Positions 50,881 to 60,646 of a DNA stretch of 64,000 bases are shown piece by piece (positions within the stretch are counted from its first letter, which is position 1; the number at the start of each line of letters is the position of its first letter). The stretch spans positions 2,525-66,524 of the forward strand of contig JAFTVC010000012.1 of NCBI GenBank assembly GCA_017465925.1, given 5' to 3'. Position numbers and translations under genes: made by a program. The notes under the pieces were generated by a model. That model saw only the letters and a program-made list of their open reading frames with translations, was not told the DNA's origin and made no database searches. This stretch comes from Clostridia bacterium (lineage in GTDB: Bacteria; Bacillota; Clostridia; Christensenellales; UBA1242).

Positions 50881-50916
50881 ATTACACCCCTACATATGCA
50901 ATTTTAGTTATTAAAG

Positions 50917-51915
50917 TTATATAGTAAAATATATGCAAACCACACTTATTAATATGCTAATAATAGAATAACAAACTACAATCTTATTTTCAGTTACTCC
51001 TTTTTTTTCAAAGTGATGATGCAAAGGTGCCATAAGGAATAATCTTTTTTTAGTTTTCTTATAATAGAAAACTTGTAATATGACTGAAATAGTAGTAATT
51101 ACAAACATAAGACAGATAAAAGGCAAATATAAATACAAGCCACTAAAAACTGCTACTGAATTAATGAAACCACCTATTGCAAGTGAGCCTACATCACCCA
51201 TAAATATTTTTGCTTTATTAGTGTTAAACATCAAGAACGCTAGCAAACATCCAACAAAGGCAAAAGAAATCAATACAAGTGAATTTAATTCGCCTATTAT
51301 AACACTACCAGCACCATAATTATATAACCAACTTGAATATAAGAAAATTAATATGCCAAATGATAAAATAGCAATAGCACTTACAGAACTAGCTAGTCCA
51401 TCTAAACCATCAGTTAAATTTACTGCATTAGATACCGCTAAATACAAGAAAAATACAATAGGAATTATCCACGCACCAATTTCAATTTCATAAAAACTAA
51501 AAGGCACAATAATTGCATTTGGAACAAGTGGCGAATTATAGCAAAATAATGCAACAATTAAAGCAAGTCCACCTTGACCTATTATTTTTTGAATTGGAGT
51601 TAAGCCTAAATTTCTATTGAATTTAAGTTTGATAAAATCATCTAAAAAACCTATCAAACCATAGCCAAGAGTAACAAGCAATGTCATAAACATTAAAAAT
51701 GAATTATCGTTATAAAAAATTATTGCAACAATACTTAATCCAAGCAGAAAGATAAGCCCACCCATTGTAGGTGTACCTTGCTTACTATTGTGAAAATCAA
51801 CATATTCTAAAATGTTTTGCCCTAACTTCTTTTTCCGTAAATATCTTATTATTGGAATTGCCAAACAAAATGTTACTATAAAAGCCAAAAGTAATGCAAC
51901 TAGTGCTATTTTCAT
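50917..51915 (-). CDS. mraY: Phospho-N-acetylmuramoyl-pentapeptide transferase
   Basis: 332 aa polytopic protein with NLTDGLDGLA and APLHHHFE. Confidence 0.96.
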   Translation of the reverse strand: MKIALVALLLAFIVTFCLAIPIIRYLRKKKLGQNILEYVDFHNSKQGTPTMGGLIFLLGLSIVAIIFYNDNSFLMFMTLLVTLGYGLIGFLDDFIKLKFNRNLGLTPIQKIIGQGGLALIVALFCYNSPLVPNAIIVPFSFYEIEIGAWIIPIVFFLYLAVSNAVNLTDGLDGLASSVSAIAILSFGILIFLYSSWLYNYGAGSVIIGELNSLVLISFAFVGCLLAFLMFNTNKAKIFMGDVGSLAIGGFINSVAVFSGLYLYLPFICLMFVITTISVILQVFYYKKTKKRLFLMAPLHHHFEKKGVTENKIVVCYSIISILISVVCIYFTI

Positions 51916-51925
51916 TTTTTCACCA

Positions 51926-53344
51926 TCACTTAAATTTTTCTACTTCTTCATAATCACTATATGAAACATTTACTGCTTTTAAATCTTGATAATCCTCCAC
52001 GCCCTTGCCACAAATTAATATAATGCTATCTTTATTTGCAATTTCATTAGCGAATTTTATTGCTTTTGCTCTATCTTTCTCAACTGTATAAGGTTTACTT
52101 ATATTTTTAGCCAAATCAACAAAAATATCGCTTTCATTTTCATATCTTGGATTGTCCGAAGTTAATATTATATAGTCAGCAAATTTACTTACAATTATTC
52201 CCATATCGGCTCGTTTTAAACTATCCCTATTACCACTACTACCAAACACAACAATTAAATCATTTGTATATGGCTTGATAGTTGACAAAACATTAAGTAG
52301 TGCATCTGGTGTATGCGCATAGTCTATGCATACAATATAGTCCTTTACACTAATAAAGTCTAACCTACCTTTAATTTGAGGAGTAGTTGCAATAATCTTT
52401 TGAATTTTCTTCAAAGAATAACCAAATCCAAGCAAAACTAATGTTGATGCTAATATATTATAAACATTATGCAAACCGCAATTATCAAAATTAAAATTAA
52501 CAACTTCATCATTAAAGACAACATCAAAATTCATAGAAAACAACTCTTGCTGAAAATTTTTTGAATACAAATCTGATTTTTTTATAGTTGAATAAGTTTT
52601 ACAATTTTTCGTTATCTTATAATTTGCTCCATAATTATCATCTACATTAATTATGACTTGTTCGCAATCGTTTTGCAAAAATTTAAACTTTGTATTTGCA
52701 TATTCATCCATTGTTTTAAAATAATCTAAATGGTCTTGCGTAAGGTTAGTAAAAATCCCATATTTAAATTTTAAACCATAAATTTTATTTAAATAAATAG
52801 AATGTGCAGATACTTCCATAACAACAATTTCTACCCCACTTTTATACATTTGATATAAAATTTTATGTAAATCTAAACTATCAGGAGTTGTTAAAGTAGT
52901 ATCATATTTTTTATTGCCTATATAGTAACCTGTCGTTCCTATTATTCCAACTTTTTGTTTCAATTTTTCAAAAGCATTTTTTAGAATAAATGTTATTGAT
53001 GTTTTACCATTAGTTCCAGTAACTCCAATTAATTGCATTTTAGTATGGCAGTTTTCATAAAAGTTTGAAATTAGAACGCACATTTCTTTTCTAACATTGT
53101 CAACTTTAATTTGAATAATATCTTTTATTTCTTTATTTATTTTTTCAACTAAAAACACTTGGCAACCTTGCTTTGCTAATTCAGGAATAAACGAATGGGC
53201 ATCTATCTTTTCCCCTACAACACAACAAAAAATTGTACTTTCTTTAATTTGATTTGAATTATCGGTAATATTTAAAATTTCAATATCATTAAAATTTATG
53301 CTTTCAATAATTTTTACGCCCTTTAATAGTTTTGATAATTTCAT
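51926..53344 (-). CDS. murE: UDP-MurNAc-L-Ala-D-Glu--diamino acid ligase
   Basis: GVTGTNGKTS P-loop. 472 aa. Fits the dcw position. Substrate (mDAP versus Lys) was not determined. Confidence 0.9.
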   Translation of the reverse strand: MKLSKLLKGVKIIESINFNDIEILNITDNSNQIKESTIFCCVVGEKIDAHSFIPELAKQGCQVFLVEKINKEIKDIIQIKVDNVRKEMCVLISNFYENCHTKMQLIGVTGTNGKTSITFILKNAFEKLKQKVGIIGTTGYYIGNKKYDTTLTTPDSLDLHKILYQMYKSGVEIVVMEVSAHSIYLNKIYGLKFKYGIFTNLTQDHLDYFKTMDEYANTKFKFLQNDCEQVIINVDDNYGANYKITKNCKTYSTIKKSDLYSKNFQQELFSMNFDVVFNDEVVNFNFDNCGLHNVYNILASTLVLLGFGYSLKKIQKIIATTPQIKGRLDFISVKDYIVCIDYAHTPDALLNVLSTIKPYTNDLIVVFGSSGNRDSLKRADMGIIVSKFADYIILTSDNPRYENESDIFVDLAKNISKPYTVEKDRAKAIKFANEIANKDSIILICGKGVEDYQDLKAVNVSYSDYEEVEKFK

Positions 53345-53354
53345 ATTTACTCCT

Positions 53355-55328
53355 TTATGTGTTTAGTTGAACAACTTGCCCTGCATTTAATTCTGTTCCA
53401 GCATTTGGAAATTGACTTATAACAAAATCACCCTCTCCTACTAATTCGTATGAAAGTCCTAGTTTAATAAGTTCTTGGCTTGCCTTTGCTAAACTTTGCC
53501 CAACTAAATTAGGCATTATTATATTTTCAATTTCACCAATATCAGCAACTGGTTTATAACCTTTGTATTCAATAATTCCTTCAATCACTTCTTTCGCATA
53601 AGGCGAAGCGGCAATACTTCCATAATATGAACCCGCAGTTGGCTCATCTACAATAAACAAAATTACATAGTCTGGTTTATCACAAGGAAAAGCGCCAAAG
53701 AAAGATGCTATATAAGTGCCAGAAATTGCACCATTTACATATTTTTGAGTAGTACCAGTTTTGCCCCCAACACAATAATTCTCAATAAATGTGTACTTGC
53801 CTAACGGTCTTGAAACTGCTTCTTCCAAGAACATTCTAATTGTTGCACTCACTTCTTCACTTATTACATCTCGCACTTTCTTTTCGCTCGCCATATAAAC
53901 TACATTACCTTCACTGTCCACAATGTTTTTTGCTAAATAAGGAGCCATTAATTTCCCTCCATTAACTGTTGCAGATAATGCAGTTATTAATTGTATTGGA
54001 GTAACTGCAATCGCTTGCCCAAAACCCATTCTCGCAAGGTCAACTGTTTTAGCACTTTGTTTATCCATCATTATTCCAGAACTTTCGCCATAAAAATCAA
54101 TGTCAGTTTTTTGTCCTATGCCAAATTTTTCTAACATTTCATAGAAATTATCTATTCCCATTCTTAATGCTAAATCAATAAATACGCTATTGCAAGAATT
54201 ACAAAATCCATCAGTAAAATTTTGTTGTCCGTGTCCTATATGTTTCCAGCATTTTATCTTATCACCATCAACAAGTCTATAACCAGGGTCATAAAAACTA
54301 TCATTAACTGTAACAACCCCTTCACTTAATGCACAAGCACTTGTTATAATTTTAAATGTAGAACCCGGCTCATAAATATCCACAACCGCCATATTCTTTG
54401 CCATTGCCATTAACTCACTAACATTATCTCTTGGAATTTCATTAAGGTCAAAACTTGGTTTACTTCCCATTGCTAAAATCTCGCCAGTATTTGGATTCAT
54501 AACTATTCCTGTAACCTTGCTAGCCTTTTGTTCTTGTAATGCCTTAATCATTGCCTTTTCTAGCAGTAGTTGAATTTGTGCATCAAGTGTTGTAGTAATG
54601 TTAAGTCCGGGAGTAGAAGGTAGATAATAATCTAATGAATTTTCAATTTCAATTCCTTGCACATCTGCTTGTGTAAGCAACATACCATTTATACCAGTAA
54701 GCATTTCATTGTAATATGCTTCAAGTCCTGATTGGCCAATCCCATCAATAGTAGTAAAACCTAGTACTTGCGTGAATAAATCTCCATAAGGATAACTCCT
54801 TACATTGTTTTGACTAAAAACTACTCCATTTAAATTAGCATTTTTAATTTCTTGCATAGCACTTTCATCTACTTGCATCTTTATTAAAGTTTCGGACACC
54901 GTTCTATCTACTACTTTCGCATAAACTTTTTCAAATTCTAGGTCTAATATCGTGCTTAATTTTTGACTTAAAGCAACAGCGTCATCTACATTCCTTGCTC
55001 TAACATAAACATCATAACTAGGCGAACTGATAGCAATAGCATTTCCGTTCCTATCAAATACTGTTCCACGTTTCGCTTTTAATGGCACATCTCTTGTCCA
55101 TTGGTCAACTGCTTTTGCTTGCAACCATTCCCCATTTATTAGTTGAATAACGCCAAGCCTACAAATAATTATTGCGAATAAAAAAGTTATTAGCATAATT
55201 AATACTAATAACCTCTTTTGTAAAAACGAAATAGAATAGCCACTATTTTTCAACTGCCTAACCCCCAAATAAAGAAGAAATATACTCGCATAAATCATTA
55301 AACCAGTTAGTTTGAGGTTTACTTTCAT
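53355..55328 (-). CDS. Class B penicillin-binding protein (PBP2B/SpoVD-like) with C-terminal PASTA
   Basis: Motifs STFK, SCN (variant of SxN) and KTGT, followed by one PASTA-like domain. The start is uncertain because the ORF overlaps the ftsL-like 3' end. Confidence 0.9.
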   Translation of the reverse strand: MKVNLKLTGLMIYASIFLLYLGVRQLKNSGYSISFLQKRLLVLIMLITFLFAIIICRLGVIQLINGEWLQAKAVDQWTRDVPLKAKRGTVFDRNGNAIAISSPSYDVYVRARNVDDAVALSQKLSTILDLEFEKVYAKVVDRTVSETLIKMQVDESAMQEIKNANLNGVVFSQNNVRSYPYGDLFTQVLGFTTIDGIGQSGLEAYYNEMLTGINGMLLTQADVQGIEIENSLDYYLPSTPGLNITTTLDAQIQLLLEKAMIKALQEQKASKVTGIVMNPNTGEILAMGSKPSFDLNEIPRDNVSELMAMAKNMAVVDIYEPGSTFKIITSACALSEGVVTVNDSFYDPGYRLVDGDKIKCWKHIGHGQQNFTDGFCNSCNSVFIDLALRMGIDNFYEMLEKFGIGQKTDIDFYGESSGIMMDKQSAKTVDLARMGFGQAIAVTPIQLITALSATVNGGKLMAPYLAKNIVDSEGNVVYMASEKKVRDVISEEVSATIRMFLEEAVSRPLGKYTFIENYCVGGKTGTTQKYVNGAISGTYIASFFGAFPCDKPDYVILFIVDEPTAGSYYGSIAASPYAKEVIEGIIEYKGYKPVADIGEIENIIMPNLVGQSLAKASQELIKLGLSYELVGEGDFVISQFPNAGTELNAGQVVQLNT

Positions 55329-55758
55329 TTACTGCGACCTTTGGAACATTAACAATTAAAATATCATCACTAACAGGATTGTCCGCACTATAACCAGCAC
55401 TATTTACTCTATCTAAAATAGCACTTTCACTAGAAAGACTATTTATTTGAGTTTTTAAATTATCTATGTATGCTTGTTCAGTTGCTATTGTTTTTTCCAT
55501 TCCAGCAATGTTTGCATTTAAGTTTGCCATTGCAACAAAATTATAAATGAATAAGAATAGTAACAAACTTACAATAGCAAAGAAACAAGCAATTCTTACC
55601 TTTCCTAGTGTGTTAGTCCTAGATACTTTATTTGTGCTTTTGTGTGCTACATTTTGCCTAGTATTGTAAAACGTGGATGAATGTGTAGGATTATAAACTT
55701 CTGTTGTAGTAGAATAAGTATTGATATTCGTTCCAATAACATTTTTCATATGTTCCAT
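55258..55758 (-). CDS. ftsL: FtsL-like cell division protein
   Basis: 166 aa with a single TM helix followed by a coiled coil. Position is between rsmH and the PBP gene. Confidence 0.7.
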   Translation of the reverse strand: MEHMKNVIGTNINTYSTTTEVYNPTHSSTFYNTRQNVAHKSTNKVSRTNTLGKVRIACFFAIVSLLLFLFIYNFVAMANLNANIAGMEKTIATEQAYIDNLKTQINSLSSESAILDRVNSAGYSADNPVSDDILIVNVPKVAVNESKPQTNWFNDLCEYISSLFGG

Positions 55759-55806
55759 ATAATATATTCCTCCCTATTCGCTTTTAGTACCTTTATTTTG
55801 ATTAAA

Positions 55807-56739
55807 TTAAAGTTTTTCAATTATTCTTAATTTCGCACTATGACTTCTTTTGTTTTCTTCTATTTCCTTATCTGATGGATTAGTTGCCTTTCTTGTAATA
55901 AGTTTCACTTTTGCTGGATGATTACAAACGCAGACTATTGCATTCGGCGGACAAATACAGTCAACACTCATATCTTTAAATGCGTGCTTAACTATTTTGT
56001 CTTCTAATGAATGGAAAGTGATTACACAAATTCTACCCCCAATATTTAATCTATCAACCATTTCATATAAAACTTCTTTTAACCTGTTTAACTCTCCATT
56101 AACCTCAATTCTAATTGCTTGAAAAGTTTTCTTTGCAACACTTCCACCTTTATTTTTAATTTTAGATGGATAAACTTCTTCTATAATACTAACAAGTTCT
56201 TTGGTCGTAGTTATAGGTGCCTTTTCACGATGTCTTATAATATTACTTGCAATTTTACGTGAAAATCTTTCATCTCCATATTCCCAAATTATCCTTGATA
56301 ACTCTTCATAGGAATATTCATTTACTACATTAAAAGCAGAAAATTCTTGTTCTTTATTCATTCTCATATCTAGGTTTCCATCACTAATATAAGAAAATCC
56401 CCTTTCAGCATTATCTAATTGATAAGAAGAAACTCCTAAATCCAATAAAATTCCATCAACTTTATCTATTTGCAAATCATTCAAAACACTTGTGAAATTT
56501 TTGAAATCACTATGCACTATGGTAAAATTATTTGAAATTTTATTTAATTTATCTCTACTACTATTAATTGCATCTAAATCTTTATCTATTGCAATTAATT
56601 TGCCACTTTTTAATTTCTTTAAAATCTCACTACTATGCCCAGCACCGCCAAGCGTTCCATCTACATAAATTCCATCTTCTTTAATATTTAAACCTTCTAT
56701 ACACTCTGAAAGCATAACGGGATAATGATTAAATTCCAT
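55807..56739 (-). CDS. rsmH: 16S rRNA m4C1402 methyltransferase
   Basis: HYPVMLSE, DGTLGGAGHS and FHSLEDKIVK. Confidence 0.96.
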   Translation of the reverse strand: MEFNHYPVMLSECIEGLNIKEDGIYVDGTLGGAGHSSEILKKLKSGKLIAIDKDLDAINSSRDKLNKISNNFTIVHSDFKNFTSVLNDLQIDKVDGILLDLGVSSYQLDNAERGFSYISDGNLDMRMNKEQEFSAFNVVNEYSYEELSRIIWEYGDERFSRKIASNIIRHREKAPITTTKELVSIIEEVYPSKIKNKGGSVAKKTFQAIRIEVNGELNRLKEVLYEMVDRLNIGGRICVITFHSLEDKIVKHAFKDMSVDCICPPNAIVCVCNHPAKVKLITRKATNPSDKEIEENKRSHSAKLRIIEKL

Positions 56740-57157
56740 ATTGACTTAAATCTCCTAAAATTGTATCAAAATCATCATTCGTATTATATTCTTGCCACTT
56801 TTCTTCGTCCCATAACTCTATCCTATTACCAACACCAATGCTAACTACATTTTTCTTTATACTTGCAAATTCTCTTAAATTTTGTGGCAAAATAAATCTT
56901 CCTTGTGCATCTTCATCAACTTCAAAACCTGACGAAAATAACATTCTAATAGATTTTTGTGCTTTTACATCACTAAGCGGAACTGCTTTTAATTTCTCAT
57001 TCATCAAATTTTGCATTTCTTCACCTGAATAGACAAACAAGCAATTATTTGAACCTTTCATAATTATATAATTGCTACCAAGTTTAGTACGCAACTTGGC
57101 AGGTATTCTTAATCTATTTTTTTCATCTAACTGATGATGATATTCACCAAGAAGCAT
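56729..57157 (-). CDS. mraZ: Transcriptional regulator MraZ
   Basis: MLLGEYHHQLDEKNRLRIP and a second DxxGR repeat (DAQGRFILP). Start at the ATG after GGAGG. Confidence 0.93.
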   Translation of the reverse strand: MLLGEYHHQLDEKNRLRIPAKLRTKLGSNYIIMKGSNNCLFVYSGEEMQNLMNEKLKAVPLSDVKAQKSIRMLFSSGFEVDEDAQGRFILPQNLREFASIKKNVVSIGVGNRIELWDEEKWQEYNTNDDFDTILGDLSQYGI

Positions 57158-57207
57158 ACTTCCTCCTTTTATGGACATATTCCCAACTATTCATATTAAC
57201 TACAAAC

Positions 57208-57236
57208 ATTATAAAACAAAAATTAACCACTTTCAA
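57208..57236 (-). promoter_or_regulatory. Pmra-like SigA promoter
   Basis: Minus strand reads TTGAAA-N17-TATAAT, about 50 nt upstream of the mraZ ATG. Confidence 0.55.
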
Positions 57237-57254
57237 CCACTTTCAACCACTTTT
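57225..57254 (-). promoter_or_regulatory. Putative MraZ operator: three 10-bp direct repeats
   Basis: Minus strand reads AAAGTGGTTG x3 (plus strand AACCACTTTC AACCACTTTC AACCACTTTT). The proximal repeat overlaps the -35 TTGAAA. Confidence 0.6.
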
Positions 57255-57487
57255 TTAAATTAAAACAAATGCTCTAATTTTTCCAGAACACTTAATTTAT
57301 CTAGCATTTAGCAAATAATAATTAGAATTAAGAAAAATTTTTTATAAAAAAATAAATATTTAGAGTAATTTTCTAAATATTTATATGTAAAATATTAATT
57401 AATACTTGCAAAATAATTTTCTATTGTTAAACTTCAATAACAATAGTATTAAATAAATAAAATCATATCGCATAAATCCCTAATTGC

Positions 57488-58150
57488 TTAAATTTGCCAA
57501 TCAATAACCTGCTTGCCTTGACTTAACAAAATATCATTAGCCTTTTTAAAATGTCCACAACCTTCAAAACCATATTTTACAGAAAAGGGACTAGGATGTG
57601 TTGTCTTTAATATAAAATGTTTACTACTATCTATGTACTTCTCATATTCTTGTGCGTGCCTACCCCAAAGCAAAAATACAATTCCAGACAATTTACTATT
57701 TACTAATTTAACTACTTCACTAGTAAAAATTTCCCAGCCATATCCTTTATGACTTGCTGGCATCCCTTCATTAACTGTAAGTGATGAATTTAAAAGTAGC
57801 ACCCCTTGTTTTGCCCACTTTGTTAAATCTCCACTATTAGACATCTTATAGCCAAACTCACTTTCAATTTCCTTGTATATATTTTTCAAACTAGGTGGCA
57901 ACTTAACCCCATCTCTAACTGAAAACGCTAAACCATGTGCTTGTCCTATTTCGTGATAAGGGTCTTGCCCAATAATAACTACCTTAATATCACTAATAGG
58001 CGTAAGCTTAAAGGCATTATATATTTCATTTGTAGGCGGAAAAACTTTATGCGTTATACTATCTTGCATAACAAGTTGCTTTAATTTTATATAATAGTCT
58101 TTATTCCTTTCTTCATCTAAAAATGTTTTCCAATTTAATTCTTCTTGCAT
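57488..58150 (-). CDS. ung: Uracil-DNA glycosylase
   Basis: VVIIGQDPYH, GVLLLN and HPSP motifs. Confidence 0.95.
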   Translation of the reverse strand: MQEELNWKTFLDEERNKDYYIKLKQLVMQDSITHKVFPPTNEIYNAFKLTPISDIKVVIIGQDPYHEIGQAHGLAFSVRDGVKLPPSLKNIYKEIESEFGYKMSNSGDLTKWAKQGVLLLNSSLTVNEGMPASHKGYGWEIFTSEVVKLVNSKLSGIVFLLWGRHAQEYEKYIDSSKHFILKTTHPSPFSVKYGFEGCGHFKKANDILLSQGKQVIDWQI

Positions 58151-58764
58151 TTGTACTCCTTACATATCCCTTTTAAAGAACAACTCTCACAACTAGGATT
58201 TTTTGACTTACAATTATATCTCCCAAATAATACTAAAAGTTGATGCATTTTAGACCATAATTCTTTTGGAAGGTTTTCCATTAACTGTTTTTCACATTCT
58301 TCTGGCGTTTTTGCATTAGCAAGTCCTAGTCTATTTGAAACCCTAAACACATGAGTATCAACCGCTATCGCTGGCACATTAAATATTGTTGACAACACTA
58401 CATTTGCTGTTTTCCTGCCAACTCCTCGCAATTCAACTAATTCTTCCAAAGTATTAGGTACTTCGCCATTATGTTTAGCAATAATATCCTTTGAACATTC
58501 AATAATACTCTTTGCTTTATTTCTATAAAAACCGCAAGAGTGTATTATTCTTTCAATATCTGCTTGTTCTGCATTTGCCATTGCATAAACATTTGGATAA
58601 CTTGCAAAAAGCGTTGGCGTTACTAAATTAACTCTTTTATCTGTACATTGTGCTGATAGAATTACTGCCACAAGTAATGTATATGGGTCTTTGTAATCTA
58701 ATTCACATTTAGCATCTACGAATATTTTTTGCAACTCACTAGTTACTATCTCATACCTTTCCAT
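58135..58764 (-). CDS. nth: Endonuclease III
   Basis: HhH-GPD (LRGVGRKTANVVL), catalytic DTHV and the C-terminal 4Fe-4S cluster CKSKNPSCESCSLKGIC. Confidence 0.95.
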   Translation of the reverse strand: MERYEIVTSELQKIFVDAKCELDYKDPYTLLVAVILSAQCTDKRVNLVTPTLFASYPNVYAMANAEQADIERIIHSCGFYRNKAKSIIECSKDIIAKHNGEVPNTLEELVELRGVGRKTANVVLSTIFNVPAIAVDTHVFRVSNRLGLANAKTPEECEKQLMENLPKELWSKMHQLLVLFGRYNCKSKNPSCESCSLKGICKEYKCKKN

Positions 58765-58967
58765 AATTATATTATAACAAAAAATAATAAATTAAGCAAA
58801 TATCTAAAATAAAAATATTTAAAGGAACCACCTTTATTTTAAAGTAACTAAAACACAAAACAAATAATATTTGAAAAGCAAATCCATTATTTTAAATTAA
58901 AAATTTGAAGAGGAATTTATTTTATTTAAATCAACTTTTTATTTCATTCATTAAGCTTAATTATATT

Positions 58968-59996
58968 TTACTCTACAATATTAAGCACCATTCTATCTGC
59001 TTTAAAACTTGTTAGAATTTCATAAGGAATTGTACCTACTATTTTAGCCCAATAATCTGCATCTTCAAACACAATTACTTGGTCATCTACTTTTACAGTG
59101 TCATCTACTAAAACCATAAACATATCCATACAAATATTCCCAATAATTGCATATTGCTTATTATTAATTTTAACAAAAGCATTATTGCTTAATTTTCTAT
59201 TAATGCCATCATAATAACCCAAAAAGACTGTTGCCACAAAACAATCATTTTCAGCCCTGTAACCCTGTTCATAACCGACAACTTCGCCTTTTTTAACTTT
59301 TCTTAAACTTACAACTTTGGATTTTATTTTAAGAACCTTCTTTAATTTTGATTCACCATAACCATACAAGGATAAGCCAATCCTGACCATATCATATTGC
59401 AACGAGTTATATCTGCTTGCAAGAGAATTCGCACAATGTGCAATAATATTTTGCGGACATAATTTTAGATATTCATCAAACAACTTCTTTTGCCTAATGT
59501 AGTTATTCTCATTTCCTTCGTTAAAATGTGAAAACAAACCTTTTAACTTTATATTACTTCTTCCATTAATTAATTTCAACGCACTTTTAAAATCTTTAAT
59601 ATTATCAATGCCTAACCTGTGCATACCAGTATCAACTTTTATATGCACGTTTATGTCATAATCCATATTGCAAATTTGATTTAATTGCTCCAAACTTTCA
59701 ACTGTAATATCAATATTATAAATTGATGCATTTTTAATTTCGCAAACATCACATTTACCAACACATAAGATAGAATTTTCAATTCCACATTTATTTCTCA
59801 AATAAATACCTTCATCAATAGTTGCGACACCAAAATAATCAACATAATCTTTAATAATGTTAGAAATAACTTTTAAATTATGCCCATAAGCATTACCTTT
59901 GACCATTGCACAAAACTTTACACCATCTTGCAACCTTGCTTTTATTCTCTTTACATTAAATATTAAGTTGCTTTTATTAATTTGAAAATAAACCAT
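58968..59996 (-). CDS. alr: Alanine racemase
   Basis: PLP-lysine motif AMVKGNAYGHN. 342 aa, somewhat short for the family. Confidence 0.85.
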   Translation of the reverse strand: MVYFQINKSNLIFNVKRIKARLQDGVKFCAMVKGNAYGHNLKVISNIIKDYVDYFGVATIDEGIYLRNKCGIENSILCVGKCDVCEIKNASIYNIDITVESLEQLNQICNMDYDINVHIKVDTGMHRLGIDNIKDFKSALKLINGRSNIKLKGLFSHFNEGNENNYIRQKKLFDEYLKLCPQNIIAHCANSLASRYNSLQYDMVRIGLSLYGYGESKLKKVLKIKSKVVSLRKVKKGEVVGYEQGYRAENDCFVATVFLGYYDGINRKLSNNAFVKINNKQYAIIGNICMDMFMVLVDDTVKVDDQVIVFEDADYWAKIVGTIPYEILTSFKADRMVLNIVE

Positions 59997-60189
59997 AATA
60001 ATTTATATGATATTTATTAAACATTGTTACAACAATGAAAAAGACATTTACTAATGCCTTTAAATTTTCTTTAAATACAATCTAGCCTTTTTCTCACATT
60101 AAGATACTTAATTGCACTTTATTTCATTTAATTTTGTAAAAGAAACTACTTACAATCTTAATAACTTACAAGTTAACTTGAAATAACTT

Positions 60190-60531
60190 TTAAAGGAACA
60201 TAGATTCATCTAAAAGCGGAATTATGTCCATCCCAGGTTCTTCATAAGGGTGAACTTCTCTTAACTTTTTAATAACTTGCCCAACATTTTCAATATCGCA
60301 AATAACTTCAAATTGAGCCCCTTCAACATAAACCAATTTATCATTTTCGCCAATAAACGGATTAGCATTTTCGTTAGGTTTAAAAGTCCCAGCACTTTTA
60401 ACCCAAGTAGTGCAATAGGAATAGTTCCCTACTTTACCAGCCCCTTCTTCACATAGCGCTTGTACCAAAACTTGTACATATTCTGTTGGTACAGCAACAA
60501 CAATTTTCACTCTTTTAATATCTACTTGCAT
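60190..60531 (-). CDS. Stand-alone Nif3/YqfO PII-like insert-domain protein (COG3323-like)
   Basis: 113 aa. The pattern VVAVP..GAGKVGNYSYC..GTFKPNENANPFIGE..HPYEEPGMDIIPL matches the insert domain of Bacillus YqfO as I recall it. Confidence 0.65.
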   Translation of the reverse strand: MQVDIKRVKIVVAVPTEYVQVLVQALCEEGAGKVGNYSYCTTWVKSAGTFKPNENANPFIGENDKLVYVEGAQFEVICDIENVGQVIKKLREVHPYEEPGMDIIPLLDESMFL

Positions 60532-60617
60532 AACATCTCCTTAAATTATATAGATTTCATTATAACACATAATTTGATTTAGTAAATACTTTTTATTATG
60601 ATTTTTTTATTAAAAGT

Positions 60618-60646
60618 AAAAAGTAATTAGAAACTAATTACTTTTT
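60618..60646 (-). terminator. Hairpin overlapping the csm6 stop codon
   Basis: Minus strand reads AAAAAGTAATTAG-TTT-CTAATTACTTTTT, then ACTTTTAATAAAAAAAT. The U-tract is not ideal. Confidence 0.4.
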
